62,780 nt of DNA, filler included, from 13 parts of 13 records of this genome joined end to end with filler, not necessarily neighbours in it, one strand, 5' to 3'; shown: positions 12,961 through 25,623, counted from the whole stretch's first letter. Numbers and translations are program-made. Notes: a model not told the origin generated them from the sequence alone.

Positions 12961-13422
12961 ATGTCGGCGCGGCTGGAGAGCGTGAAGAAGTACCTGACCG
13001 ACAAGTTCAAGAACGCGGACAAGGACAGCTCCGGCTACCTGGCGCCCGCCCCCCGGCCGCTCGGGCCAGCCCGGCTCCAGGAGAAGCCGGAGATCGAGGC
13101 GGCGGCCGTCAAGGTGATGAAAAAGTTCTCCGAGATGCCCGGGGCCGCCCTCCCGCCGGGCCTGACCCCCGAGGCGGCCGCCGAGGCCTTCGTGGCCCAG
13201 CTGGACGCCAACGCGGTGCCGGGCGGGCCGGGGCGGGGCGAGAGGCGGGTCAGGACGGGAAGGTGTCCTTCGAGGAGATTTGGCTCAAGTTCAAGGCGGA
13301 CGCCGAGGACAGGATCGACGGGGACGACGAGTGCCCAACGGACACTGGGGGGGGGGGGCTCACCGGGGGGCAGCTTCGACAAGGGGTTCGCCGATTTCAA
13401 GGCTGTGCTGGACGGGATCTGA
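12961..13422 (+). CDS. Small two-EF-hand calcium-binding protein, 3 introns (first is GC-AG)
   Basis: Removing intron 13042-13080 gives the loop DKDSSGYLEKPE. Removing the second intron gives DANADGKVSFEE. Ends FKAVLDGI*. Confidence 0.85.
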   Translation: MSARLESVKKYLTDKFKNADKDSSGYLAPAPRPLGPARLQEKPEIEAAAVKVMKKFSEMPGAALPPGLTPEAAAEAFVAQLDANAVPGGPGRGERRVRTGRCPSRRFGSSSRRTPRTGSTGTTSAQRTLGGGGSPGGSFDKGFADFKAVLDGI

Positions 13423-13771
13423 GCGCTCAACGGCTCGGGCTGATTCAACTGATCAGCCTTCATCAACCCGCCCCGCCTGACTCGAGCCGACAGTGTCACA
13501 GGGCGCGCTGCTCCTACTCGCACTCTTGACGCGTCATCGGCTCGGATTGTTTACGAGTCGGTGCGAGTACGAGACTTTAGTACGAGGTTTACCGTTATTG
13601 TAATAAAATAGTTTGGGCGGTTTGTAGCCCCAGCGCCAGCCCTGCCATACACCGCGCCGCCGACGAGCAGGTCTAAAGCAACCGCGCCCAAGGCTATCTA
13701 AACTGACTCTAGGGTCTAAGGGGTGTTCAGCCTGTATCGATCTTGAAATTCCCACCGCTTTTCCCAAATTC

Positions 13772-14810
13772 ATGGGCAACGGCTGCCGGCGGTGTGAAGA
13801 CAAGGATGAGCGAGCCTGCAGGAGGGGCGAGCTGCTCACCAGCACCGAGCGAAGGCTCAGCTGGGCCCGAGGGACCGGGCGGGCGCACAGCGCGCAGAAC
13901 ATGAACCAGGGGAACGTCACCCGCCAGGCTGAGCGCGAGGCCCACCGCCGGCTCTCGCAGCTCAACAAGCAGCTGTACGAGCTGCACGCCGAGCTGGTCC
14001 CCGCCGGCAGCCGGCGGGCCGAGCGTGTACAGGTGGCGCTGCCGGCCGGGGCGCGGGGCGAGCGGCAGGCCGAGCTGGCCGGGCTAGAGGAGCGGGTGGC
14101 CACCCAGCGGGCCGCGCTCCGCGAGCACACCGTACAACGGCAGCCCTCGGCCCGGCCCGGGCGAGCGGGCGGCAGGCTCAAGGCCGACCTGTTCGGCACG
14201 CAGCAGCGGCTGTTGGAGGCCGAGCCGGACGAGCGGCCCATGATAGACCAGGCAGCCGGGCCGACGGGCCGGGCTGAGCCGGAGGGCAGGAGGTGCAAGA
14301 GATCCGGAACCAGGCGGCCAACGGAAAGCTGCGCCGGCTGAGCGGCGGCCAGATCCTGCGGGCGCAGCTCCGGCGGAGCATCAGTGGCAGGGCCTCGCCT
14401 GCGGCTGCCAGAAGGCTGAGCGTCCAGAGTGGCGAGCAGCCAAACCCGACCGAGCCCGCAAGCGAACGCGAGCTGGCCGAGCTCCGGCGGGCCGAGCGGG
14501 GGCGAGACAAGGCCCGGGAGGTGGGCGGCCGGGTCCGGGCGAGCCGAGCCGTTGGTGACAGGAGACCGCGAGGCTGGAGGAGGAGTGCGGCAAGCTGAGG
14601 CACGAGCTCGAGCAGCAGGAGGCGAAGCGGGCGGACCGGGTGGCCAAGAAGGCGGCCAAGCAGGCGCAGGTAGTCAAGATCCAGCGAGGGCTCGAGCTGA
14701 ACGAGCACTTGGCCGCGAAAGACGCGGCGGAAGCGCAAGAGGTCGAGCTCGCAGAGCGGCTGCGAAGGCTGCGGGCGCAGCAGGAGGAGGCCGAGGATAG
14801 TTTATTATGA
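13772..14810 (+). CDS. Coiled-coil protein of unknown function, several introns including GC-AG 14252-14289; start uncertain
   Basis: E/R/Q/A-rich helical segments in three frames are joined by 38-41 nt GY..CAG introns. Ends EEAEDSLL*. Confidence 0.55.
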
Positions 14811-14954
14811 ACCCAATGATAGCAGTTCAAGGAATCAAAATATAATCGCATATATATACTAGACTTGTGTTCCATTGTGGTTTTACGATTGCACGACGCA
14901 CCGATGTGTCCCGGCTTGTCGAGGAGCAAAGTATAATTCTAGAGGTTCCAACGT

Positions 14955-15087
14955 TCACATCAGAACGCAGCACCGGCCTTGGTCCCGCAGCGCGCCCTGC
15001 TCCTCGCGCATCGTGGCCACCTCGGCCCGCAGTGCGCAAATCGCTTCGTGCAGGACCCGCTGATTGTCATACAGGTGCTGCAGCCCG
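14955..15087 (-). CDS. 3' end of a coiled-coil protein ending in a CaaX prenylation box (CCVLM)
   Basis: Minus frame reads GLQHLYDNQRVLHEAICALRAEVATMREEQGALRDQGRCCVLM*; truncated by the linker. Confidence 0.55.
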
Positions 15088-15199
15088 NNNNNNNNNNNNN
15101 NNNNNNNNNNNNNNNNNNNNNNNNNNNNNNNTTAATTAATTAANNNNNNNNNNNNNNNNNNNNNNNNNNNNNNNNNNNNNNNNNNNNCAGGCTGTGAGT

Positions 15200-18100
15200 C
15201 TAATTTATTGATAGCAAGCAGCGTGCGTTAGTTAGAAACTCGGACCACGCGCGCGTAAACTCCGTCTTCACATTCGCCGGTTGATTGTGGACATTCCGCT
15301 GGCACTCGAGCACGGCGCGCTCGAGCTCAGTCGAGACGGCACCAAACAGCGCGGCGCTCTGCTGTTTGTTGGTCGCGTGCGCTTCGAACACCTGCTGGAT
15401 CATGCGCTGCCAGTGGCCGTCTTGGTTGGTTGGGCGCAGGAAGAGCAGGAAGAGAGGCGTGATGGCTGCCTGGTCAGCCTTGCCAGACAAGTCTCTCGAG
15501 CTGCAGGGCGTGAGCTGCTGGCCGAGCGTCAGCTTGAGCAGCTGCGCGAGCAGATGGTCCCCGGTCTGGAGTGCGCAGTAGTGCTCGGCCACAGACCCGA
15601 TTGCACCAAGCACCTGCAGCATGGCTCAGCTCGCGGGTCCAAGCCTGCTTGCCTGCAGACAGTCGGCCTGTTGGTGGCTGCTGAGTGCGATCTGGAGGCT
15701 TGCAATCAGCCCCAGCTGGGCCGCCTCGGGGAGCAGCACCACCTGCGCTGGGTGCATCTGCAGCCGGTGTCAGGGCTGGGCCGGAGCGGGCGCTGACCTC
15801 GACAGTGTCCAGCACAATCGTGAAGAAGAGCTCACTCAGCTCCGGCAGCTTCAGCAGCTCCTCGTCCACTAACTGAAACGAGAGCGCCAGCCCCGCCCAG
15901 ACCGCTTCAACCGCTGCCGCACTCTCAGTCTCGTCTAAGAATATCCAGCTGGTCCGGATCGCGTCAACTATCGTGAGCAGCGACCAGAGCTCGTGCTGGA
16001 CCCCGCCCGCACCGCCGGCCTTCTTGCACGTCTTCTTGGTCCGATTGAGCAGCGTGTAGGCCTTGAGCACCTCGCATGCACTCTGGAGCACAAAGCGCAC
16101 CTCCGCGGGCTGAAGTGAGCCGAGGAGCCTCTTGACCGCTTGCTCGGTGAGGCTGAGCGCCTGGAGCACCACCTCGCTGCAGTTGTGGTACAGCCTGATC
16201 ACAATAGCCAGGCAGGGCAGCGTCTGGCCCAGTGCACGGGGCAACCGCGACGCCTCTGGCAGTCCCTTGGTGGCGCCGTGGAGCAGACAGAGCGCTGCTT
16301 CGAGCTTGCTGGCGGGCACCTGGGCGGCCGAACCTGCTTGCGAGAGCGCGCCCACAGTGCTTGCCAGCTGGGCTTCGAGCCTGGCTAGCAGCTGGTTGCA
16401 CTCATCCTGACTCTCACAGCCGATGCACAAGATCTGAACCAGCTCCGACTGGCTGTCCAGTCCAAACGCATCGAGACCGGCCGCACTCCCGAGCAGCATC
16501 GCGCGCAAGTGCTGCCAGGCCGGGGTTGTCCGGAGGAGAGGCCCGCACTTTCCGTTCGCTAGGCTGAGCAAGAGCCCAGTGGCCGCGCGCTGGGTGTCGG
16601 GGTCTGAGCACCAGGCCACCATCGCACTCAGCGCCAAATCGGAGGCGGCCACAGCCAACTGGCTTCCAAACTCGGCGCTCAAGTGGCAACGGGCGTGAAG
16701 CTGCTCCAGGCCCGGGCCGCACTTGCTAGTAACGTAGCCTTCAACCACCATCTGTGTGACAGCCAGCACGCATTCGGTCAATCTGGGCGAGGTCTGCGTC
16801 TGCTTGGAACTCCCCTGCAGCAGCTGACTGAAGCCCACGAGCAGCCTCCGGAGCCCGTCCAGCGTGCTCATCACCGCCTCCACCTGAAGGCCCGCTGCAG
16901 CTGGCACGCTGAACGGGCCCGAGCCATCACCTGCCTCGCTGCTCTGCACTAGCAGGTGTGCTAGCAGCAGCAGCGCGCAGTGGAGCAGTTCCATTGGCCC
17001 GCACCCGCCGCCCTGCTGCAGGCTCAAGAAACCCTCCGCCAGCACCGCCTGAAGCTGCGCCAGCCCACTCGCCAGCCGCACCCGGCCTATCTTGCCCGCA
17101 GAGACGAACAAGCCGTCGCGGACTGCCAGCTCATCGGCCGTCTCAGGCTCATCCGAGTCGTCCTCTACCGCCTCCTTGATCTGCTGGGAGGCAAAAGCCT
17201 CGAAAATCTGGCCAGTACACTGGGCGAGCTCGGGGCTTGCACCAGCACCCTCCGAGACCGCCACCCATCCATCTAGCAGCAGCTCGAGGCATAGGACGTG
17301 CTCCTCTTCGGTTGAGCGGATGCATCGCTCTGTGAACCAGGCCACTTCCCTGAGCAGCTCTACGCACAGCCCGCTCTGTGCTATCGCTCCAGTGCCCATG
17401 TGGAGCACCGCCAGCCGGAACACGTCGCTCGCGTCGGCCGCCCACTCGCCATCCACCGAGTACCACCCGCGAACCCCGCTGAGCAGAACGGCGATGAATT
17501 CGACTCGGTCCGCCTCATTGGAGAAGACGGCCCGATCGAGCTGCGCGAACAGGAGCAGCAGCTTGCGACAGCTCGAGGCGAGCCCCGGGTGGGGCGCCAG
17601 CTGCTCGGCGAGCTGGAGCAGCCACTTGAGGTGCTCCCTGTCGAGTACGAGTGGGCAGGGCTTGGCCGGGGCTCCGATCAGCTGGCGGTCGGACCGCTGA
17701 GCCGAGTTCCAGTGGAGCACTAGCTCCATCGAGCTGATGCAGAGCGCCACCACCTGCTCCGGCTGTGCCGGTCCGAGCTTGTTGTGCGCGATGGCTTGGA
17801 GCAAGCTGACGTGCGCTGCGTAGACCGAAGCCAGGTGATCCCGTTCAAAGCTGCGCCGGCGGCTGAGGTGCGCCTCGAGGGGGAGCCCCAGCGGACTGGC
17901 GAGCTCCATGTCGAACTCGGCGAGCACGGCCTGCACAATCTGTAGCGCCGACTTGCAGCCAGAGCCGGCGACGCGATCCACAAGCAGCTGGAAGAACTCG
18001 TCGCACGGCCACTGTCTGCACAGCAGCCTGAATAGGCGCCGGTGCCGGGATTACCGCTTGACGATGCAGGCCACGATCGAGGCCACCGCCTTCCCGAGGT

Positions 18101-18444
18101 AGGGCTCGGCTGCCTCGGCGCGCTCGATCGCGTAGGTGGCCAGGCCGTCGCGCAGTTGGAGCATCTCCGGGGCGGGCACCGAGGCCCAGCGCTTCTGGAC
18201 GATCTCGCGGAGCATGCACGCGGCCTGGAAGCACTGACACAACCAACCACTCAGCCCCGGCGATGATGCGGTGGGCACGCACAGCGGGCTGCGAGCGTGG
18301 AAAGGAGGCCGCGAGCACGTGGGTGCACAGCGCGAGCAGGTTGGGGGCCCGGCTGAATGCCTGGAGCGCCTGGTCCTCGGCCGACCCGGGCACCGGCACG
18401 CCGTTGGCGCAGGCTGCCTCCAGGGTCTGGACCCACCCGTCCAT
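15200..18444 (-). CDS. XPO4: Exportin-4-like karyopherin (HEAT repeats)
   Basis: N-terminus LEAAC..ALQAFSR..LCTHVL..CFQAACMLREIVQKRW..VASIVACIVKR and C-terminus KTEFTRAWSEFLTNARCLLSIN* resemble exportin-4 ends. Leu-rich helical body of about 1000 aa. Confidence 0.75.
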
Positions 18445-18609
18445 CCCCCCAGTCTCCGACCTCACCTCGGCTCGGCTCGGCGCGCCGGGCCCCGCACTTG
18501 AACAGATTTGAGAATGTTCCCGCTTCTTGCAGGTACTTGTAAATACCTGGTACTAGGTACTGTATAGCCGTACTTGGATAACTGGTTCTGTATACGCGTA
18601 CGATGTAAG

Positions 18610-18627
18610 CGTACGAGTACTCGTACG
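18610..18627. promoter_or_regulatory. Perfect 18-bp palindrome CGTACGAGTACTCGTACG (recurrent intergenic element)
   Basis: Self-complementary, in the AT-rich spacer between the F-box gene 3' end and the XPO4 start. Confidence 0.5.
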
Positions 18628-18730
18628 AAGTCGATGTCTACGGCCATATACACTACACGAGACTAATTCACGCTTTCAACGATTCAATCTTATTTTGATC
18701 AAGCCACCGTCATCAAGAGGGCAGCATAGC

Positions 18731-20200
18731 TTAGGTCGGGTCGTATTCGAAGTCGATCACGCCAAACCCGCGACCCAGCTGGCTGATCAACACCAGGCTC
18801 GAGCCGCAGCTCTCCAGCTTCGCCAGCCCGCCCTCCAACCGCATCCGCCACAGCTCGCCCGCCCGCTCCCCCAGCCAGCAGCCTACCAACTCCGCTCCGC
18901 TCCCCTGGCTGTCCGGCCGGCCGGCCACAGCCACGCAGCCTGCCCCCTGTCCTCAGCCACCGCACAGCTCGGCCCGCGGCCTGCCGGGAGCGCCAGCTCG
19001 GTCCAGTCGGCCTGGGCGAGCACCTCCACCGCGCGCGACCCGTCCCAGTGCCCCAGCCCACCCCGCCGACGCCCGAACAGCGCGGCTGAGCCTTGCACCG
19101 CCAGCCGACTCAGCCCTGGGTCGGGCTCAGCTCTGGGGCCGGGGCTGAGGGGACCGTCTGGCACGAGGTGCTCGGCCTGGAGCTTTGGGTTGAGCCCGGT
19201 CAGATCAAACAGGCTGAGCCGGCCGTCCAGGCAGCCGAGCAGCAGCCAAGGCGGCTCAAGCTGCAGCGCCTGCTCCAGCTTCGAGCAGCAGGGCCGGGGA
19301 CTCACGGCAACCAGACTGGCGCATTGGGCCAGCAGCCTGATGCACCGGCCGGTGGGCAGCTCCCAGAGCCGGACAGAGCAGTCGTCCGAGCCACTCACCT
19401 GACCCGGCTGGCGCACTGAGGGGGGGGGGGGCGAGGCACTGCAATGTGCTCGGCTACAGCGAGCTGGCTCACGGTGTTGGAGTGCCCCAGACAGCTGACC
19501 GGCTGCACCAGGCTCAGTCGCACGCCGGCCGACCCTCACCGGCCCGTCCAGCTGCCGCCGCCAGCCGAGCACAGCCCCGGAGGAGCCGGCAGAGGCGATC
19601 CACTGTCCGCTGCAGCTCAGGCAGCGCACCGAACCGGACAGGTCGGGCGACTCGAACGGGGCCGGCGGATCGGCTGTCCGGTACCGCCACCCGAACAGCC
19701 GGCCGGAAGGCTCACCCCAGAACAGCGAGCCTTCCCATCCGACCAGCGCGCTAGCGGCCGCTGGGCAGTTGGCCTGGGCCACCCGCTGCATCGTCTCCAG
19801 GCAGTAGACCGCCAACAGCCGCTCCTCGGCCACCGCCTGCCGGTCGGTTCCAATCGGCCGGCGGACGGGGCACCAGCAGCCGCCGGCCCCCTGACTCGAT
19901 CCAGCAGCACAGCCCGACCACCCGGCCCGCCCCGCCACTCCAGCGCCGGGCCCGCCCGCTCCGCCAGCGCTGCTCCACCACCGCCAGCCGCCCGAAGCAC
20001 CGGCGGGCGCCCAGACTGAACAGCCGCGAGTCGAGCCCCGCGAGCCCGTCGGGCCAGCGCTGCGCCAGCCGGGGCCGCCACAGCTGGGGGGCCGCGGCCG
20101 CCTGGGACCAGAACCGACTGACCGCGCAGCACCGGGCCAGCGCCTCGGCCGGCAGCCAGCCCAGCAGCCGGCCCGCCAGCTCCTCGGTCACCCACTGCAT
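18731..20200 (-). CDS. F-box plus WD40-repeat protein (SCF substrate adaptor)
   Basis: EELAGRLLGWLPAEALARCCAVSRFWSQAAAAPQLW is an F-box. VSGSDDCSVRLWELPTGRCIR and LLLGCLDGRLSLFDL are WD repeats. Confidence 0.8.
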
Positions 20201-20208
20201 CGGCTTCG

Positions 20209-20967
20209 ATGCCGTTGTGTACCGGCAGCAGCATGGCGCAGTCGCGGCCTCTGAGCATGGCAGACCGGATCCGGGGAGCGAGCCGGCCGGGGCCGAGAGC
20301 GAGCCGGGCGGAGGGGCACTTCCTGGTGGCGGACCGGGCCGGGCAGGCCTGGATCTCGGCCTGCGGCCCGGATTGGACCGTCGGCCAGTTTAAGCAGCAG
20401 CTGCGGGCCGACAGGCGGCTCCCGCCCGACTGCCGGGTGCGGCTGTGGCACCAGCAGCAGGAGCTGCCCAACCAGCTCCGACCGCTCGAGCGGCTGCCGT
20501 CCGGGGCCTCGCTGCAGTGCGCGGCCGAGTCCGGGGTGCCGCTCAAGCGGGGCATGTTCGGGGTCAAGGAGCCAGACGACGTCTGGGCGCTCATGCAGCA
20601 GGCCCTCCCGCTGTGCGGGGGCGAACTGCCCCTCCCCTGGCGCCCCGGCGAGCCGCTCGTCTCGTACCGGCGCCGGTTGTCGCTCCGTCGGACGCACACC
20701 GAGCGGTTGTTCGTGATCAGCAATCCGACCGGGCTGCGGCTATGCCTGGCCCCGTTCACCTTCCACAGCACGGTGGGCGAGCTCAAGCACTCGATCGAGC
20801 GGCTGACCGGGATCAAGTCGGGTCAGTTTGAGCTGGAGCACCAGGGCCGACTGCTCTGGCAGCTGGACAACTACGTGCACGGGCTGCCCGACGGGGCCGA
20901 GCCGGACAGCAGCTACGGGATCCCCAACGAGGCCCAGATCGTGCTCCGACTCAACTTCTGCGATTAG
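20209..20967 (+). CDS. Intronless protein with two ubiquitin-like (beta-grasp) segments; start at 20209, 20233 or 20257
   Basis: PDWTVGQFKQQL..RLWHQQQEL and STVGELKHSIERLTGIKSGQFELEHQGRLL..SSYGIPNEAQIVLRL follow the ubiquitin pattern. Confidence 0.65.
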   Translation: MPLCTGSSMAQSRPLSMADRIRGASRPGPRASRAEGHFLVADRAGQAWISACGPDWTVGQFKQQLRADRRLPPDCRVRLWHQQQELPNQLRPLERLPSGASLQCAAESGVPLKRGMFGVKEPDDVWALMQQALPLCGGELPLPWRPGEPLVSYRRRLSLRRTHTERLFVISNPTGLRLCLAPFTFHSTVGELKHSIERLTGIKSGQFELEHQGRLLWQLDNYVHGLPDGAEPDSSYGIPNEAQIVLRLNFCD

Positions 20968-21526
20968 CCAATCCTGTGCCCGTGATTGCGGCCGTACTCT
21001 AGTTCTAGCGCTAGCTCTGCCATACTATACAACAATGCGTCTGTGGCTTCTATGAGCCTCTAGTTCTGCGCCGAGTTCACAGCGATTAGGCGTCACACAG
21101 TCCGCAATGTGGATAGTGTTCTCACATGCTGTACGAGTGGCCGCAGTCTTGGCCGCTCATGATTGTACTACTGACTGTACTGAGCCGGGACAACCACGAG
21201 TGGACATGAGATAAAACGAGTCGGCACGCCCGCCCATGGTTCAGCTACGGAAGCTGCACCACGAGCGGACACAGAACGGTCCGTCTGACCCACAGAATGC
21301 GACGGCACTAGCTGAGGGTTTGCTGACTCGAGGCCGGCGCCCTCGGGCTGGGTTGCAGCCGAGGGCCCGGACTGCGCCACTGGGCTGCACGCCTGAACAC
21401 CTGGACGACGCGCCGGGCAGGCCCCTTGCGGCAGAGGCAACACAGCGGTTTATTCGCACAGCTAATCGGTGGGTATACCGCCGGGTGGGCTGTGTCTAGC
21501 CCGGGGGCGGCCGAAGGTACGTCCGC

Positions 21527-21797
21527 TCACTTCTTGCCAGACTTCTTGATGCCCGACCCGAGCGGCTTACCGCCCTTGAGCCCCGCTGCCGCGGCCTTGG
21601 CGGCCTTGGCGTCCTCCGCCTGCTTCTTCTTGAAGGCGATGTCCTGCGGCCCCCGGTGAGCCCCGGCCGGAGGCGAGGCCACGTCATCGTCGAGCGTCTT
21701 GTTGGATTTCTTGCTCTTCAGCGGCTTGGCCTTGCCACCTGCCGGCCCACACGCCTTGCCCTCCACACTGACACACTCTGGCACCGTCCTTGCCCAT
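21527..21797 (-). CDS. TMA7: Translation machinery-associated protein 7, 2 introns
   Basis: Spliced MGKDG|GKAKPLKSKKSNKTLDDD|DIAFKKKQAEDAKAAKAAAAGLKGGKPLGSGIKKSGKK*, the TMA7 signature. Confidence 0.92.
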
Positions 21798-22298
21798 GGT
21801 CCGTCCTCTGCCTTGCTCCACCGAGATGCCAACGGATAAAAACAGCAGCGAGCGACCAGCCCGCCGAGACGGTCGGTCCGTCGGTCCAGACCAGCACCGA
21901 GCTGTGCGAGTTGACGGCGGTGACAGGCCGGCCCACTTGAAGTTGCATTCCGAATCGAGGCTGCGAGGCCGTCGAGACGATCGGGGTACGCTTCCAGGGG
22001 CGGGCCGTCGGATACGGGCCGGCCGGCNNNNNNNNNNNNNNNNNNNNNNNNNNNNNNNNNNNNNNNNNNNNTTAATTAATTAANNNNNNNNNNNNNNNNN
22101 NNNNNNNNNNNNNNNNNNNNNNNNNNNAGAAAGGTGGAATACTGTATATCAGAAACTCTCTCCTGCCTCTAATAAGGGATCGGATACGCATTTCGAAGAT
22201 TACAACTACACTGTATAGCAGATCTAGCTACTCCCTCAGTCGTACTGAGTCACTGAGTCCCCCAGGGCGGGCAGCAGTCGTGGAAGAGATCTTCGGGC

Positions 22299-25200
22299 AT
22301 GACGGATGAGCCCAACCAGGAATGGCGTGCCAAGCTGGAGCGAATGCGGCGCGAGAAGCAGCAGCTGCGGGCGGCGCTGGCCGAAACCCGCCAGCAGCAC
22401 TGGAATCAGGGCTCCGAGCTCAAGCAGAGGGCTGAGCTGGAGTTGCAGCAGCTGAGGGCCGAGCGGGTCCGAATGGAGCAACAGGTCCATCGGTGCAAGG
22501 CCGGCCGCAGGGCGCTGTTGGCATTAACCGAGAGCCGGCGACCGGTTGCGGCGCCCGGGGAGCTGGGAGAGCCCGGGATGCCTAAGTGGAGCGCAGTAAT
22601 CCGGCGGACCAAGTCAGAGATACTGGAGTGGTTGACTAGGATGGGTCAGCAGCAGCTCGCCAGCTGCAGCCTGGTGCGCGCCCAGGAGTGGGTGCTCCTG
22701 GTCCAGCGGATGCATGCCACGCTTGCCCAGCGGGGCCCCGGAGGATTTGCTGAACTGGGTTTGAGGCGGCCCAGGAAACGCTCGGCCAATAGGCATGTAG
22801 ATAACCAATCCTACCAGCACCGGCCGTGGTTGCCAGAACACCACCACGACCAGGCAGCTGAAGAGCTGCTGTTGAGAAACTTGGTGCTGAACGACTCATC
22901 CGGCGAGCTGGACACAATGGTCCTCTGGCCTCTTCCAGGCCAATCGAGGGCTGCGCTACTCGGTGCAATGGACGCACTCTCTGCTGGCAGTTTCCTGTGT
23001 GAACGGCCAGCCGGCGATTTGACCTGTGTCTGCTGGCTTGAGCAACTGGCTGACCGCACGTACCCGGTCAGTTTGGGTGCCATAGCAGTGAGTTGCATTG
23101 AGCTGGCCATATGGCGAAGCTGGGATGCGCGGCATCAACCCAGCCCGAAAGCGGCTGTCTGGACTGAGCGGGAGCAGCTATTGAGTTTAGTGGCACAGTG
23201 CACCGACACGGCGCAGCTAGAGCAAATTGTGATTGGGGCCAGCCAGAAACAACTGCTAGATAAGGCTGCCAAGGCTCTGCACAAATGGACAAAAAGGCAG
23301 CGACTGGTGGACAACCAAGACAGGATGGGCCAGATGGGCCTGCACACCAAGATGCTGCTGCTGGCGTTCATGACCAAAGGGGTGAGAAGCATGCTGCCAC
23401 CGTTGCGGCCAGAAACTGGGACCGAGCTGATCGAGGCGGTACTGCTGGCACCTTTGACTAAGATGGGCTCCCTGTCCGAGTTCATCCGGTCTGTGGTGCT
23501 AGGCAACTTGCGTGAGGCATTCATTGAGCTGGCACACAGCCAGCTGCAGCCAGCTAGGCCCAAGTTACAGCTTAAGCTCTGCAGGCTCCGGAGGCCGAAC
23601 AATAAGGTGTTAGGCTGCCAGGAAGTTCGAGCCTTGCGGGAAATTGTAGCGCGTTGGCCCTTGCGCTGTGCAACACAAGCAGTGCGGTTGGGTCGGTGCA
23701 GGGTGCTTGCTGTGGCCACACTTGATGCATACTGCAAACTGCTCAAGACAAGCCAGCTGCTGCGGGTTGTGCTTGCAGCCTTCAAGCACGCAACTCGGCG
23801 CAGCCGACCGAATTTCAGGATTCACAAGATGAGCAGCCTTGAACGGAGAGAGCAGCTTAGCAGCACTCTTGCAGCCCTGCTGGAATACACGACACTGCAA
23901 AAAAGCAACCGGCCATCAGATCTGCACCTGGAGATTTGTAAGATGGCCAATAGTGCCGCTCAAGCGCAGTGTACAGCTGAACCGGTGAGTTTGAAGCTCG
24001 ATGTACAGCAAGCTGTGTGCTTGCAGGTGCACAGCTGGATGGTGAGTGCACTGGATCGAATTGGTCAATCAGTGTGGCCTGCCAATTTTGTGGCAGCACG
24101 GGTGTACGGCAGTCGAGCTACTGGACTGGTAAGTCATTGCTCGTCTACACGATAGTCTGTCGCGCAAACTGTTGATGCATTATGGATTGCATAATGGTCA
24201 TTTGAAATTGCAGGCGCTAGTTGGGTCCGATTTAGATGTGGTGCTGCTCTTCAAGTGGCCACCATCCCAGATGCAGCAGGTGCTTGGAAATGGCTGAGGG
24301 CTGGATGCTGGTGACCTGCACTGCTACAGGCTGAACGAGTACTTCAGCTAACTCGGTGCATTGACCAACTCCCATGGGCAGCCAAGGTGGCTTCATGGCA
24401 CCGCTTGGTACTGGCCTCACCGGTATTCACGCAGGTCCAGCCCATCCCTTTTGCTACCGTCCCAGTGCTCAGGTGTTGCGATGGCCTGGATTTGATTCCA
24501 AATATGATACACTGTTGTCTACTAGGTTTGAGCTGAGAATGCAAGGGGCACACGTTTCCATGAAAATGAGTCACCAAGCTTCCTTCCAGGCAACCATTAA
24601 AGTAAAATGTGTGAACAAGTGACACAAATGCTGGGCAGGTGGATGTATCCTTTGGGGGGCACGAAAAGCATCATGGAGCCTTAGCGGTATCAGTCATAAG
24701 CCGGTAGAGTGCCCATGCCTTATCGCAATGCATCAGGTGCACCTAGTCCGGGCCCTGTCGGCTGCACTTCCCCCGCTTCGACCGTGCGTGCTCTGGGTAC
24801 TGTTGGCTCTTCTGTGGACAGATATCATTCTTGTTTCAGGTCAAGCAGCTGCTGGTGGGTGCAGCACTGGCAGAGCATGGCGGCATGTGCTCATATGCCC
24901 TCGTTTTGCTGGCAGCTGACTACCTCCTCAACCAACCAAGGCCTGCTCTAGCTCTAGCCTGTGTGTATCTGCGCTCTCTCTTGCACCACACTTGACTGAA
25001 TCGCGTATTGCAGTCAGGAGAGAGACCTTGGAATCATTGCGATAGGGCTACTACAGCACCTGCTCGATAAGATCACGGTGCAACAATGCCTATGGCCTAT
25101 TGTGCCACCGGCCACTGGCTATGCATCGAGCTACACGAGTCCCTGTTGTGATCTGTCGATTGCACAGCTGCCTGGTCCATCACCGCATGTTCAGCTCGCC

Positions 25201-25623
25201 ACAAGTCAGCTGCTCTCACTGTGCGCTTCCCTGCTATCCATTCACCTCAGTCTACCCACAGATGTCCACTACTGGCGGGATTCATCCCAGAGCTGGCAGC
25301 CGAATCAAAGTACACAACTCACTCGCTCCAAGAGGAGGCGGGCCTAGTTGTGCTTGATCCGCTTGATCCAGCAAATAACGTGGCCAGGTAAGCCGCAAGA
25401 CTGTTGCCTAGTGCTCTTTAGTCTGAAGCAGTGCTGATTGTGTGGTTACAGACTGTGCTACAGGCAAAGCCAACTGCAGCAGGTGGCTGACCCTATACAG
25501 TCATTATCTGCCTTGTATTAGATGTCTTAGTCCTTGGGCTAGTTGTTTTCTGAAGAGCTGGGCAAGTACAAGCACCTGCTCCCAAGACTTACACCGAGTT
25601 CTTTATTGATGCGTGCCTCGTGA
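22299..25623 (+). CDS. TRF4/PAPD5-type non-canonical poly(A) polymerase (Pol-beta nucleotidyltransferase) with a long N-terminal extension; many introns in the 3' half
   Basis: Spliced VYGSRATGL|ALVGSDLDVV, ATVPVL, VDVSF, LRPCVLW|VKQLL..GGMCSYALVLL and the PAP-associated VLDPLDPANNVAR. The last exon is tentative. Confidence 0.8.
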
